24,151 nt of DNA from Octopus sinensis (taxonomy: Eukaryota): the NCBI RefSeq assembly GCF_006345805.1, contig NW_021836455.1, forward strand, positions 1 through 24,151, in the 5' to 3' direction. This document shows, one piece after another, positions 10,601-21,311 of the stretch. The translations under genes were made by a program, and so were the position numbers. Each line of letters begins with the position of its first letter. Position 1 is the first letter of the stretch. A model generated the notes under the pieces. It was not told the origin of the DNA. It saw nothing but the letters and a program-made list of their open reading frames with translations, and did no database searches.

Positions 10601-10715
10601 ATTTCTATAGCCGAGTGAACTGGAGCAGCGTAAAATAAGTGTCTTGCTCAAGAACACAACACACAGCCCGGTTCGATCGTAAGCTCTACGCCCTAACCAC
10701 TGAACCATGCGCCTT
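10601..10715 (-). mobile_element. Inverted 5' fragment of SINE family C with B-box deleted
   Basis: The reverse complement matches 10251-10389 with a ~22-nt deletion spanning the B-box. Confidence 0.88.
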
Positions 10716-10752
<37 letters not shown>

Positions 10753-10759
10753 TTTTTTT

Positions 10760-11621
10760 CCTGCAATGGTTTTGTTAAGCAGCGTCGATTTTTACAATTC
10801 TGTAAATAATGATAATAGTATTTTATAAGCTTAGATCTTATAAGAGATCACCGTGTAATGATTAATAATGGGGCATATAAGCCCTCGACAGCAAAATTCC
10901 GTAAAGTTTGTCCTTCACAAGCATCTATATGTTGATTTAAGGGGGTATTTCTTGTATCTAACTTGCTGATAATGTAGTTTCACTCTTTTACAGAGTGTCA
11001 GGTCATTTTGAGCATTATAATATTTGTATTAAATTCTCGAAGTAGTACAAAAATGTATTTTTAATTTTGAAAATATGTCCTTCTTTGAAATGAAATTCCA
11101 TACCTTCTAATAAATAATTGCACATTTTACTGTTCGGTTGGTTACATATTCCGAGTTTTAGTTCCGAATGTAGTTTGCTACTATCATTAAAAAATGTGTT
11201 TTTCACTTTTATGGAGCGAAGTGTTTTTTCCATGACCTTTTTCGGTTTTTGATCATGAAGTAATATAGACAGATTTTGAAAAGTGTTTCCCAGAACTTTC
11301 ATATTTACTATAGACGTTTTAAAATCACCGATTTTGCTTTTCGAAATACCTGAATATCGATTTATTTTACTCTTAAATTGCCAGATCAATTTAATTCAAA
11401 GAGCATTTTCTATTCTTTTACTCTTTTACTTGTTTCAGTCATTTGACTGCGGTCATGCTGGAGCACCGGCTTTAGTCAAGCAAATCGACCCCAGGACTTA
11501 TTCTTTGTAAGCCTAGTACTTATTCTATCGGTTCTCTTTTGCTGAACCGCTAAATTACGGGGACATAAACACACCAGCATCGGTTGTCAAGCGGTGTTGG
11601 GGGACAAACACAGACACAAAA

Positions 11622-11652
<31 letters not shown>

Positions 11653-12972
11653 CATATACGACTGGCTTCTTTCAGTTTCCGTCTACCAAATCCACTCACA
11701 AGGCTATAGTAGAAGACACTTGCCCAAAGTGCCACACAGTGGGACCGAACTCGGAACCTTGTGGTTGGTAAGCAAGCTACTTACCACACAGCCACTCCTG
11801 CGCCTATTGATAAGTATTTTCTTAATTTCTACTACATTATAATCTTGGAGAAAATTCGTTTCGCTAAATTATATGGAATGTTATCTAGAATATAATTCGG
11901 TTGGCATAATGTAAATAGATGTCATGGTTCTGTAGATTTCTAATCTTGGTTTCTTTTGTCACCTGTATATCCGAGAAAAAGAAGTTGTTACTGTACCCTA
12001 CAATAAAGTGGTTGTGAAGGGTTATTTTACTTATGAGATTTTTAGCAAATTTGATCAACTGATCAAGATTTTCCTTCCTCAATCAATCACTCAGGAATCT
12101 TTTCTAATTTTCTTCCAAATAATCACTTCAAATATTTCCAAATACATGTGACGATTGTTCACAGAATTCATGGTATTCCTAAAGTTACGCCGGCTTACGC
12201 AAACCATTGCAGTACCTAATTTTTATCAAACCTTATATAAAGTAATCACTTTCTAAAATAAATTGAAGCCTATCTGCACTAATTAACATCAATATAGTCT
12301 GGTAATTCATAAGTAAATAAATCATGCCGATATTTGATATCTTTGATTTACGAGGAAATTCTACTTGAATTTCATCACGTTTAATATAAATATTTTCCTT
12401 TACCTTATTTGGCAGATGGTGGAGAATATTAAGATCATCTGTTATGAAGCTCATTATATGTGACGTAATATGTCTAGAAAATTATTTATGTAATATGTCT
12501 TCCATAAGTGGATTGCACTAATGAATTTCAATTTTAAATCTTTCGAGAAATACAAATAGTTCTCGCCCTGTTGTAGGATTCGAATATCAATTTGCTTTTG
12601 TGTATTATTTGTTAATCCACAGAATACCTTATTTATATTTAAAATTCGTAAGGTAATTCAGGTTTTGTACCTTTCAAAGTTTTTTTATATATATAAATGT
12701 GGTAAACTGCCTTATCAATCTTCTGGTTGCAGTTAATGTCAGAGTTGTTGTTGTTATTTTTATTAAGCTATTACATACTAATTAAATTAGCAGGAATTTT
12801 ATCTCGAGGTTTGGCAACAAGTCTCCTCAAATCTCAAGGATTCTTGCAGAATATAAGATGGTACTTTACAACAGGGCGACAATAAGTTTCTATTCAAGTC
12901 TATTTTAGTCCCATAAATAGCATTTTGGATTTTGAGTCAAGTGCACCAATTACCTTAGGAATAATTGTTTTC
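10760..12972 (-). mobile_element. Decayed Penelope-like element (RT plus GIY-YIG endonuclease), probably Neptune-type, interrupted by a SINE B
   Basis: Minus-strand translation gives, in the expected order despite stops and frameshifts: DLKLKFI, NNFLDIL..SFITDDLNIL, LQFILESDYF, KLGTAM (~12205-12216), YLEEN*KRFLSD, FFSDIQVTK, NIPYNLAKRI (~11855-11885), the Cys linker CNQPNSKMCNYLLEG, ENLIQIL*CSK (degenerate GIY region) and PLNQHIDAC. Confidence 0.8.
11411..11805 (-). mobile_element. SINE family B, full length, nested in the PLE
   Basis: Complete head-to-tail match to the other B copies, with a small deletion between direct aggct repeats near 11702. Confidence 0.9.
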
Positions 12973-13229
12973 TTAGAGCGTCGGGCTCACAATCATGAGG
13001 TAGTGAGTTTGATTCCCATAGTGGGCTGGTTGTTGTGTTCTTGAGCAATATATTCTATTTCACGTTACCCCAGTTCACTCAGCTGTTGCAGTATTGGACT
13101 TTACCTTTCCTTTGGATAATATCGGTGGCGTGGAGAGGGGAGGCTGGCATGCATGGGCGACTGCTGGTCTTCCATAAACAACCTTGCCCGGTCTTGTGCC
13201 TCGGAGGGTAACTTTCTAGGTACAATCCC
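12973..13229 (+). mobile_element. SINE family C, slightly 5'-truncated, at the PLE/R4 junction
   Basis: Aligns to 10270-10555 (ttagagcgtcgggctcac...ggagggtaactttctaggtacaatccc). Confidence 0.85.
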
Positions 13230-13230
13230 T

Positions 13231-13765
13231 TGTTCAGCATTCTGACCCAATCCTGATATTTCTCCTTTTCTTTTCTCAACTTCTTTGATACCGACTCTGA
13301 TATCATAAGAAATCGCTCTCTATAATCATATCAGCTTTTCTTGCTTCAATAATACGACCAGTCTTTATGAGGAAGTTCCACAAGATACTGTAATTCTTAT
13401 TTTCTATCGTAGCCTCTGGTTCACGTTCACACCATGTGTAAGTTATTTCGAAGCCACACATTCAATTGAGATTCCAATGCATTACACAGTCATATCTCCG
13501 CCTCCCCACCTTGTTGTGCTCCTATGCTACTCTCACTCAAATTGTGGGTGATTCTTTTGACTCTTATCCTGCAGACTCTACATTTGCTATTTGAGTTTTG
13601 CCGATCTTTGCCTTTATCAGATTTGTTCTAATGGCTTATCCCTGAGCGGCTATGAGTTTCGCTCTCTCGTTTCGAGTTCCCGTCCATCGGACAGAGTTAG
13701 CGTTCTTTACATTCAACATTCTCGGTTTGTTGCATGAATTGGCCATGTAATTCCATTTCTTTGAA
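13231..13765 (-). mobile_element. R4/Dong-type non-LTR retrotransposon fossil (post-RT region, Zn-knuckle, REL endonuclease)
   Basis: Frames give LHGQFMQQTE, LIAAQG*AIRTNLIKAKI, SKCRVC..ITH, RRYDCVMHWNL, WCEREPEATIENKNYSILWNFLIKTGRIIEARKADMII and EKEKYQD. These match the recalled R4-clade pattern HGQF..AAQDQA.RTN..CR.C..H..RRHD..HW..W.F.I.TD..I.ARRPD..KY.DL. Confidence 0.8.
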
Positions 13766-13776
13766 ATGAAAAGCAA

Positions 13777-13881
13777 AGGTCGACTTTGCTTTTCATTCTT
13801 TCGGGGTCGTACTGGGGTCGATCTAATTGACTGGCTCCCTCCCACAAAATTTCAGGCTTTGTACCTAGAGCAGAAAAGATT
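13777..13881 (+). mobile_element. SINE family A 3' fragment with (ATT)n tail
   Basis: aggtcgactttgc...ggggtcgatctaattgact...cagaaaagattat followed by (ATT)n. Confidence 0.75.
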
Positions 13882-13896
13882 ATATTATTATTATTA

Positions 13897-13946
<50 letters not shown>

Positions 13947-13960
13947 TCTTATTATTATTA

Positions 13961-14065
13961 CTGAGTGAGAGAGCAGTGCATGCCATCAAAGTGACACTGG
14001 GGTAAAATATACGAAGCGCAGTATACCCATCATGACTACCCGTCTGATAAGGGTACACTAGGCAC
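13961..14065 (-). mobile_element. 105-bp 5'-truncated copy of a (TAA)n-embedded element (putative LINE 3'UTR)
   Basis: 101/105 identical to 19557-19661, with (ATT)n tracts on both sides. Confidence 0.8.
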
Positions 14066-14100
14066 TATTATTATTATTATTATCATTATCATCCTCATCA

Positions 14101-14170
<70 letters not shown>

Positions 14171-14174
14171 TATT

Positions 14175-14300
14175 CGGTCGAGATCAATTTGACTTCAATC
14201 CTTTCGAGGTCAATAAAGTCCCAGTCAATTACTTGAGTCATTGATACCGACTAATATCCTCTCTTCAAAACTGTTGGCTTTGTGTCCATTGAAGAAAGTA
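14175..14300 (+). mobile_element. Diverged SINE family A 3' fragment
   Basis: tcaatcctttcgaggtcaataaagtcccagt...gataccgact...ggctttgtgtcc resembles the family A core and tail. Confidence 0.5.
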
Positions 14301-14949
14301 TCATTATTGTTATAGCAATATTAATAATAATAATAATAACAACAACAACAACAATAATAATAATAATAATAATAATGATTGTTGTTGTTGTTCTTTTGTT
14401 ATTTTGCCTCCATTATCACGTGATCTGCATTGTTAGTCGACTTAAACCGACAACGAAGGTACATCTCCAGTAAACAAAACTTTAGTCCCGTGGGAGGTAT
14501 CTACTCCCACTTCACCCCACATCGTACCACCCATCCCTTCCATCTGTACATCACGGGACTTGAGCGCTCACTTCTCCTCACCCTCATCTTTTCTGGCATC
14601 AGTACAGCATCATTTTTACAATCAAAGATGGAGTTGGCATAAACAATTATAATGTGATTAGTATGGAGTAGGTGAGTGGCATGAAGGTGTTGGGTGGGGC
14701 TGGGAGGGAGTTGTGTTTGTGTATAAAAGTTGCTGTGTGTATGTTAATGTGTATGTGTGTGAGTTAGTGAGTACCTGGAAATTTGGCACCAGTTCTATAA
14801 CGTGGGAGGCGGTAAAAGAGGGGAAGTGATAGGTATGGTAGGTTTCATATGGTGGTGATGGTGTCGGTGGTGGTGGTGGTGACGGTGGTTGTGGCGCTGA
14901 TGTTTTCTAGTAAAATAGGGAGATATTTTATTTATACAAGCTTCTGTGT

Positions 14950-15008
14950 ATTAAATACACACACACATATGTAGGTATGTATCTATCGATAAATGTTTAT
15001 GCATGTAT

Positions 15009-15045
<37 letters not shown>

Positions 15046-15270
15046 CATATACACACACACACACATATATATATATACACACACACACACATATATATAT
15101 ATACACACACACACATATACGCATATATATATGTAGCATATATACATACATGCATGCATATTTATATACATATATTTATATTGGCAAACATGCATATATA
15201 TACATGTATATACATGTATACCACTATATATATATATATAGGGAGAGAAAGAAAGAGAGAGAGAGAGTTA
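14950..15270. repeat. (CA)n/(TA)n/(GA)n compound microsatellite
   Basis: Direct reading. Confidence 0.9.
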
Positions 15271-15632
15271 TTAGCGAAGAATAATCAATCCGGGAAAAAT
15301 GCTTTACAAGCTCCCTGTAAATACAACAGGCAAACAATATTTTTTAGATTAGTCAAAAGCTCCATGTTGTCTTGTGGCATGGTCAGAGGTTAGAGTTTAT
15401 CACCATTCTATATTGTAAATCCGTGGTTGCATTCCCAGTTCAACAGGTCTTTTACAAAGAGTTATATGCAAGACAAGGAATACATAATGGTCATTATTGG
15501 GATAAATTTGACTTACAGCTGTTTCTGGTAGTCATTATAGGTTCCTTATTCACTGGTTTACTCATTCGGCTCATTGATTGGGGGAAAAAATTGAACGACC
15601 AAGAGAATTAGTCCATTCTACTCTAGGAACAA

Positions 15633-15937
15633 GGGATCTTTTCCTTTTGAACGGCACAAGTCAACACAATTTCTAGTTAACTAAACACTTTTAAACTTCG
15701 TATACTGGTAGAATGTGTTTATAAAACATCATATTTTCTTGGCTTTATTGAGAAAATTCTATATGTTGTAACATATTTCGTCTTTAATTTCGAGCATTTC
15801 GGCAATTTTAACCAATCGCTGACCTCCATTTAGGTAAACAACATTCCGTGCTGTATGAATATGTCGCTCGTTTAAGAAACACATTGGGTTTATTCACATT
15901 TGTGAAGAAAAAAGATACCCCCCCCCCAACCCTAACC
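15633..15937. mobile_element. One end of a probable non-autonomous DNA element starting GGGATCTTTTCC, truncated at a CCCTAA motif
   Basis: Begins abruptly after a minus-strand SINE A tail remnant (ctactctaggaacaagg). No partner TIR in the window. I recall similar sequence as an octopus interspersed repeat (unverified). Confidence 0.35.
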
Positions 15938-17381
15938 AAACGTTTTGTTGAACCTTGGATAATTTTTCTGTTGGAATTGTTGAGTGTTTATTGTTGAACA
16001 TTTTTCGATCTGTTGAACTTTGTTGAACTTAGAAACTTTGAAAATTTTTGTGCTTTTTTCTCGGTGACAGGAGAAAGTAATTGTTTGTGTAAAGCCATTT
16101 TTGCAGTTGTGAATTGTTGAAATATTGAACTTGTTAGAAACGTTGTAAGCTTTATTGTCGTGCCCCACCCCCAGCGGGGGTGGGATTTGAACTCATTAAG
16201 AGGGAAAAAATATTATAGGTTTCCTGCGTTTAGGGATAATCAATTTATTACTATGTGAAAAATTTAATTTTAGTCGTTGTAGGCTTTATTGCGGCACCCC
16301 GCTCCCAGCGGGTGTGAGATTTGAACTGTTGTCCTCGTTGTGAGGAAAAGGAAAAAAAAACAACACATTATAGGTTTCTCGTTTTTTTGGGGATACTGTA
16401 TTTTTATTATTGTGTGAAAAATTTAATTTCGAACGTTGTAGGTTTTGTTGTTACGTCTCGCGCCCCAGCGGGGGTGGGATTTGAACTGTCGTCCTCGTTG
16501 AGAGGAAAAAAAAAAGTAAAAGATTATAGGTTTCCTGTTTTCTGGGATTAAATTGTATATAAATTTATTTCGAACAAATATGTCGGTCGAAATAATTTCA
16601 GAGAAAAATTCACTGGAAGAGCCAGTTAAGAAATTTTCAGCAGTTACCGCGGTGGCTATTGAAAACGTCGAACTACAAAAGAAAAAGCTCTCTGAGCTTT
16701 TTGAAAAAGATGAAAGAAGAGGTGGGTGATATAAAAATATCACCCTCACCCAGTGTTGAAAAATTGATAAGAGGGACAGTTGTTTTCAAAACATACTGTC
16801 CTTCAACAAAGAAATTTAAGCACTTTGAGCAGTGCAAAATTGAAAAATGCCTGGCTCCCATATGGGAAGACAAAGTATATAGCGAGGGGCTGTACTTATG
16901 GCACAGTAGAGGCCAGATTTGATACAGAAGTAAAAGCCAATAGCACTCAGTGAGTCCCCTGTAAACGAAGGAGTTGGTACTTCTGCCAACCTACATGGGG
17001 AGACGAACTGCTCGAGTAAAAGTGACAGAAGTGCCACCTGAAGTTGATGTAAGGGAGACGAAGGCCGCCTTGTTGTATAACAGGACGGACAAAATCGCCT
17101 TCCTTCAGATCACAAGCCCTGCCCCACAAAACTGTCTCGGGCAGAGCATTTTTCTCATTATTCAGGGAACTCAGGAAGATATCGAAATACTTCCAGAGAG
17201 GGTGCTCTTGGGTGAGGATATCGCCCTCAGAATACAAGTAGAGGGCAAAAAAAAGCCAACGTGTTACGAATGTGGCAAAAAAGGCCACATCCGTATAGAC
17301 TGTGAACAATGGAAAGGAAAAGTGGCGCAGGCCCCTCAGTTGCAAAAAAAGACACCAAATCCGCACACGCATTCAAAATAA
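15938..17381 (+). mobile_element. 5' portion of an L1/Tx1-like non-LTR retrotransposon: tandem-repeat 5'UTR plus disrupted ORF1
   Basis: Three related UTR units start at 16141, 16275 and 16434. An ATG at 16580 opens a frameshifted ORF ending in VEGKKKPT-CYECGKKGHIRIDC. No ORF2 follows. Confidence 0.65.
16580..17381 (+). pseudogene. Gag-like ORF1 pseudogene with CX2CX4HX4C zinc knuckle
   Basis: Segments MSVEIISEK...(16580-16729), ...GTVVFKTYCPS..., GTVEARFDTE and 16974-17381 are joined by frameshifts. Knuckle codons at 17262-17303. Confidence 0.7.
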
Positions 17382-17441
17382 CTACACATCAGTGACTGAA
17401 TTCTATTTCATTACTGTTTCACCTGATTTGGTTCGGCTCAT

Positions 17442-17495
<54 letters not shown>

Positions 17496-17695
17496 CACAC
17501 ACACACACATATATATATGCACATATATATATGTATATATATATGCATATATATAGATATGCACATATATATATGTATATATATATGCGTATATACATAC
17601 ATACATGCATATATATATATATATATATATATATAAGCTCGAACCAAAATCAGATGAAACAGTAATGAAATAGAATTCAGTCACTGATGTGTAGT
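17381..17695. mobile_element. MITE/foldback element with ~60-bp terminal inverted repeats and (TA)/(CA) microsatellite core
   Basis: 17381-17439 is the reverse complement of 17636-17695 with about 3-4 differences. TA flanks both ends (17379-17380 and 17696-17697). Confidence 0.8.
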
Positions 17696-18153
17696 TACGT
17701 GGAATCTCTAAACGATACAAACCGCGCACTTTTGACCGTACGTTTTCTTCTCTTTCAACTATCTTTAACAACCATATTACATTTATCTTATATTGTGTAT
17801 ATATATATATATACCTAATTTCCTTTCAATCACGAGACGCAATGAAGAAGTAAAACGTCTTGTGATCACTCATACCAAAAGAGCATATACAAGGAAGAGC
17901 AAAATTACAGTAAGACCAGTATTGATTTTTCAAATTTATTTTCGCCTCTTTGGCAGATTTCCATCTATTTATGGTGGATATTGTGTAGTTAATATGGCGG
18001 GCTTCACTTTTGTAGAATCTCACGAAATATCTTTGTAGTATTCATTTACGAATCTTAAAATTTGTCTTCAATTTCTGCCGATGCTTGATATTGTTTTCTT
18101 TTATGATACTTATTTCTTATTGCTCTTATTTTTGCAATAATTGTTGTTATTGT

Positions 18154-18350
18154 TACTCTTTTACTAGTTTTAGTCATTTGACTGTGGCCATGCTGGAGCA
18201 CCGTCTTTTAGTCGAGCAAATCGACCGCAGGACTTATTCTTTGTAAGCCTAGTACTTTATTCTGTCCGCCTCTTTTGCCGAACTGGGGACGTAAACACAC
18301 CAGCATCGGTTATCAAGCGATGTTGTGGGGACAAACACAGACACACAAAT

Positions 18351-18385
<35 letters not shown>

Positions 18386-18552
18386 CATATATACGACGGG
18401 CTTCTTTCAGTTTCCATCTACCAAATCCACTCACAAGGCTTTGGTTGGCCCGAGGCTATAGTAGAAGACACTTGCCCAAGGTGCCACGCAATGGGACTGA
18501 ACCCGGAACCTTGTGGTTCGTAAGCAAGCTACTTACCACACAGCCACTCCTG
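18154..18552 (-). mobile_element. SINE family B, near full length
   Basis: Collinear with 11411-11805. Confidence 0.9.
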
Positions 18553-19184
18553 TTGTTGTCATTGTTCTTCGACGAACTGTTGTTGTCGCATGTAAGAGAA
18601 ACCCAACTATCAAACGAGTCCGTCATTGGGATCAGCCCACCACCCACTATTAACAAATCAGGGCAGGCGGTATTCCTCTGTCCTGTGGCTATGGTAAAAA
18701 GGGCTTAGTAGAAGACGAGGCTGAAGGACTGAGAAAAAACAAATTTGTTTCGGAAACGCCCTCATCCAATTTTTTACTGTTCCACTTGGAAAGGAAAATA
18801 TGAGCGGAGAAGGAATTGCTTGTGAATAAATAAGTGACTGTGACAAAAATGGTTAGGGTAAATATCCCTACTCTAAGTATGCACCTATAGATTGAAGAAT
18901 AGCAGTTGGACGAGAGCTCGTACCTTTGGTTGTCAGAGTAATCCTGGATCTGTGGGCCTCTTGAATGACCCTATATGGAGGTTCTTCTGTATCAGGACAA
19001 CATCTTACGTGTTCACATACCTTGCATATTTTTACCTCTTTTCATCGTCTTTTCCCCACCACATTTTATGTAAGCCTTCACACAAATTGTAGATTCTTCT
19101 TGCATTGTCCCTCTCGTCTATGCCCACGTGGAAAATAAAGAAATCATCATTATCACATCCCCATTTTTCTACTACGACTACTTT

Positions 19185-19283
19185 CGATAGTCAATCGATT
19201 AAGTACCAGTTAAGCACTGGTGTCGATGTAATCGACTGGTCCCTTCCCCCAAAATTTCATGCCTTGTGCCTTTAGTAGAAAGG

Positions 19284-19286
<3 letters not shown>
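19185..19286 (+). mobile_element. SINE family A 3' fragment followed by long (ATT)n/(GTT)n tail (to 19556)
   Basis: aagtaccagttaagcactggtgtcgatgtaatcgact...gtagaaaggattatt. Confidence 0.8.
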
Positions 19287-19331
<45 letters not shown>

Positions 19332-19424
19332 GTTTTGTTGTTGTTGTTGTTGTTGTAGTTGTTGCTGTTACTGTTGTTGTTGCTGTTATTATTATTATTA
19401 TTATTTTTATTATTATTATTATTA

Positions 19425-19463
<39 letters not shown>

Positions 19464-19482
19464 TATCATTATTACTATTATG

Positions 19483-19540
<58 letters not shown>

Positions 19541-19556
19541 TATATTATTATTATTA

Positions 19557-20097
19557 CTGAGTGAGAGAGCAGTGCATGCCATCAAAATGACATTGGGATA
19601 AAATATACGAAGCTCAGTATACCCATCATGACTACCCGTCTGATAAGGGTACACTAGGCACATGCATCACAACCATATGTGCACGATATGGTGATCCCAT
19701 ATCAAGATCAACAGCACATGACCTTGCAGGTGGGGCCCAGTTAGAATTTTCTTCTGGTCGAGTAACCCATCCCGCTCAAAAGGTCCCTGAATAAGGACTG
19801 TTTACGAAACACCCATATTTCCAGAGGTGAATTATTCAAATTCCAAAGAATCCCTCTCAACACATGGCTATGATGCTCCCCCACTTTTTCTACTCGTGAT
19901 CAGAGATGCACATATCGTCAGCCACTAAGGGACATGCTCAACTGGTTAAGGCCAAACAACTGACAAGCAAATCTGTGGTATTGAGCAGAATATTTGCTGT
20001 AGCCCATCTTATCTTTTATACCAAGACAAAACAATGTACATGATAAGACTTCCAATCAGTTAAGATCAGAAGCTATGAGAACCACTGGTGGCTACTG
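19557..20097 (-). mobile_element. 541-bp (TAA)n-embedded element, putative 3'UTR of an R4/Dong-type LINE
   Basis: Shares its terminus with 13961-14065. On the minus strand it ends ...ctctcactcag-(taa)n, and (ATT)n lies on both sides. No convincing ORF. Confidence 0.7.
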
Positions 20098-20176
<79 letters not shown>

Positions 20177-20374
20177 TCTGAGTTAATAAAAATACAGTAT
20201 CAGTTAAGTATTGGGGCCAATGTATCGAATAATATCCCTCCTTTAATTTGCAGGGTTTGTATCTAACCTAGAAACAATTCTCCTCTTTCCGTTCTCCCAC
20301 TTTCTCTTCCTCTCCTTCTTCATCATCATCGTTATTTATATGCTTTACCACGACATGGCATTTTACTGCGTTAG

Positions 20375-20426
20375 ATTTTGGGCGATTATGTTCCAACATT
20401 GAATTCCTATTTGTTGTCAAAGAAAG
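20375..20426 (+). CDS. Candidate 52-nt internal exon, product unknown
   Basis: CTAAC at 20263-20267, a pyrimidine tract, no AG between 20272 and 20372, acceptor TTAG and donor AAG/GTGAGT. Two frames are open. Confidence 0.3.
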
Positions 20427-20769
20427 GTGAGTAGTTTCTTTTTATTTTTATTCGTAGAAACTGGAGAGAAGAATAAAAAAATAAAATAAAATCAAAAATA
20501 ATAATAATAAAAACGAAACAACGGGAATTTTTAAAATACTTTCTTTTTATGTTAGCTGATATTCAACATTGTTGGCAAGAAACGTCTCTGGAAAATAAAA
20601 TAATGAAAAGAAGGACTTGACAGCAAGCATAGATAACATACAATTACGAAAAACAAAAAAAGAAGAAAATGGACGAAAATATCACAAAAGAAAAAAATGG
20701 AGATTTCGAAAAGAAAACAAACAAGGATTTTTGGATTTTTAATACGAACGAGACCGATTTTGTTGCTTC

Positions 20770-21300
<531 letters not shown>

Positions 21301-21311
21301 AGTAGCATGTA

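Noticed and set aside
13079-13306. 75-aa minus-strand ORF
   Set aside because: A chimera of the R4 fragment and antisense SINE C.
13231-14065. R4 ORF fragment and nearby 3'UTR-like copy as one element
   Set aside because: On the minus strand the UTR copy lies upstream of the ORF fragment and is separated from it by a SINE and (ATT)n, which is the wrong order.
14603-14671. 69-nt exon candidate with strong GTGAGT donor
   Set aside because: Two frames are closed internally and the third ends in TAG at the donor.
15925-15937. Interstitial telomere array
   Set aside because: Only one complete CCCTAA unit; kept only as a weak junction observation.
16141-16579. CRISPR-like repeat-spacer array
   Set aside because: Eukaryotic context, whole units are homologous with no unique spacers, and there are no cas genes.
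17793-18150. 81-aa and 65-aa ORFs in an AT-rich island
   Set aside because: No motif I could support; possibly an unrecognised old repeat.
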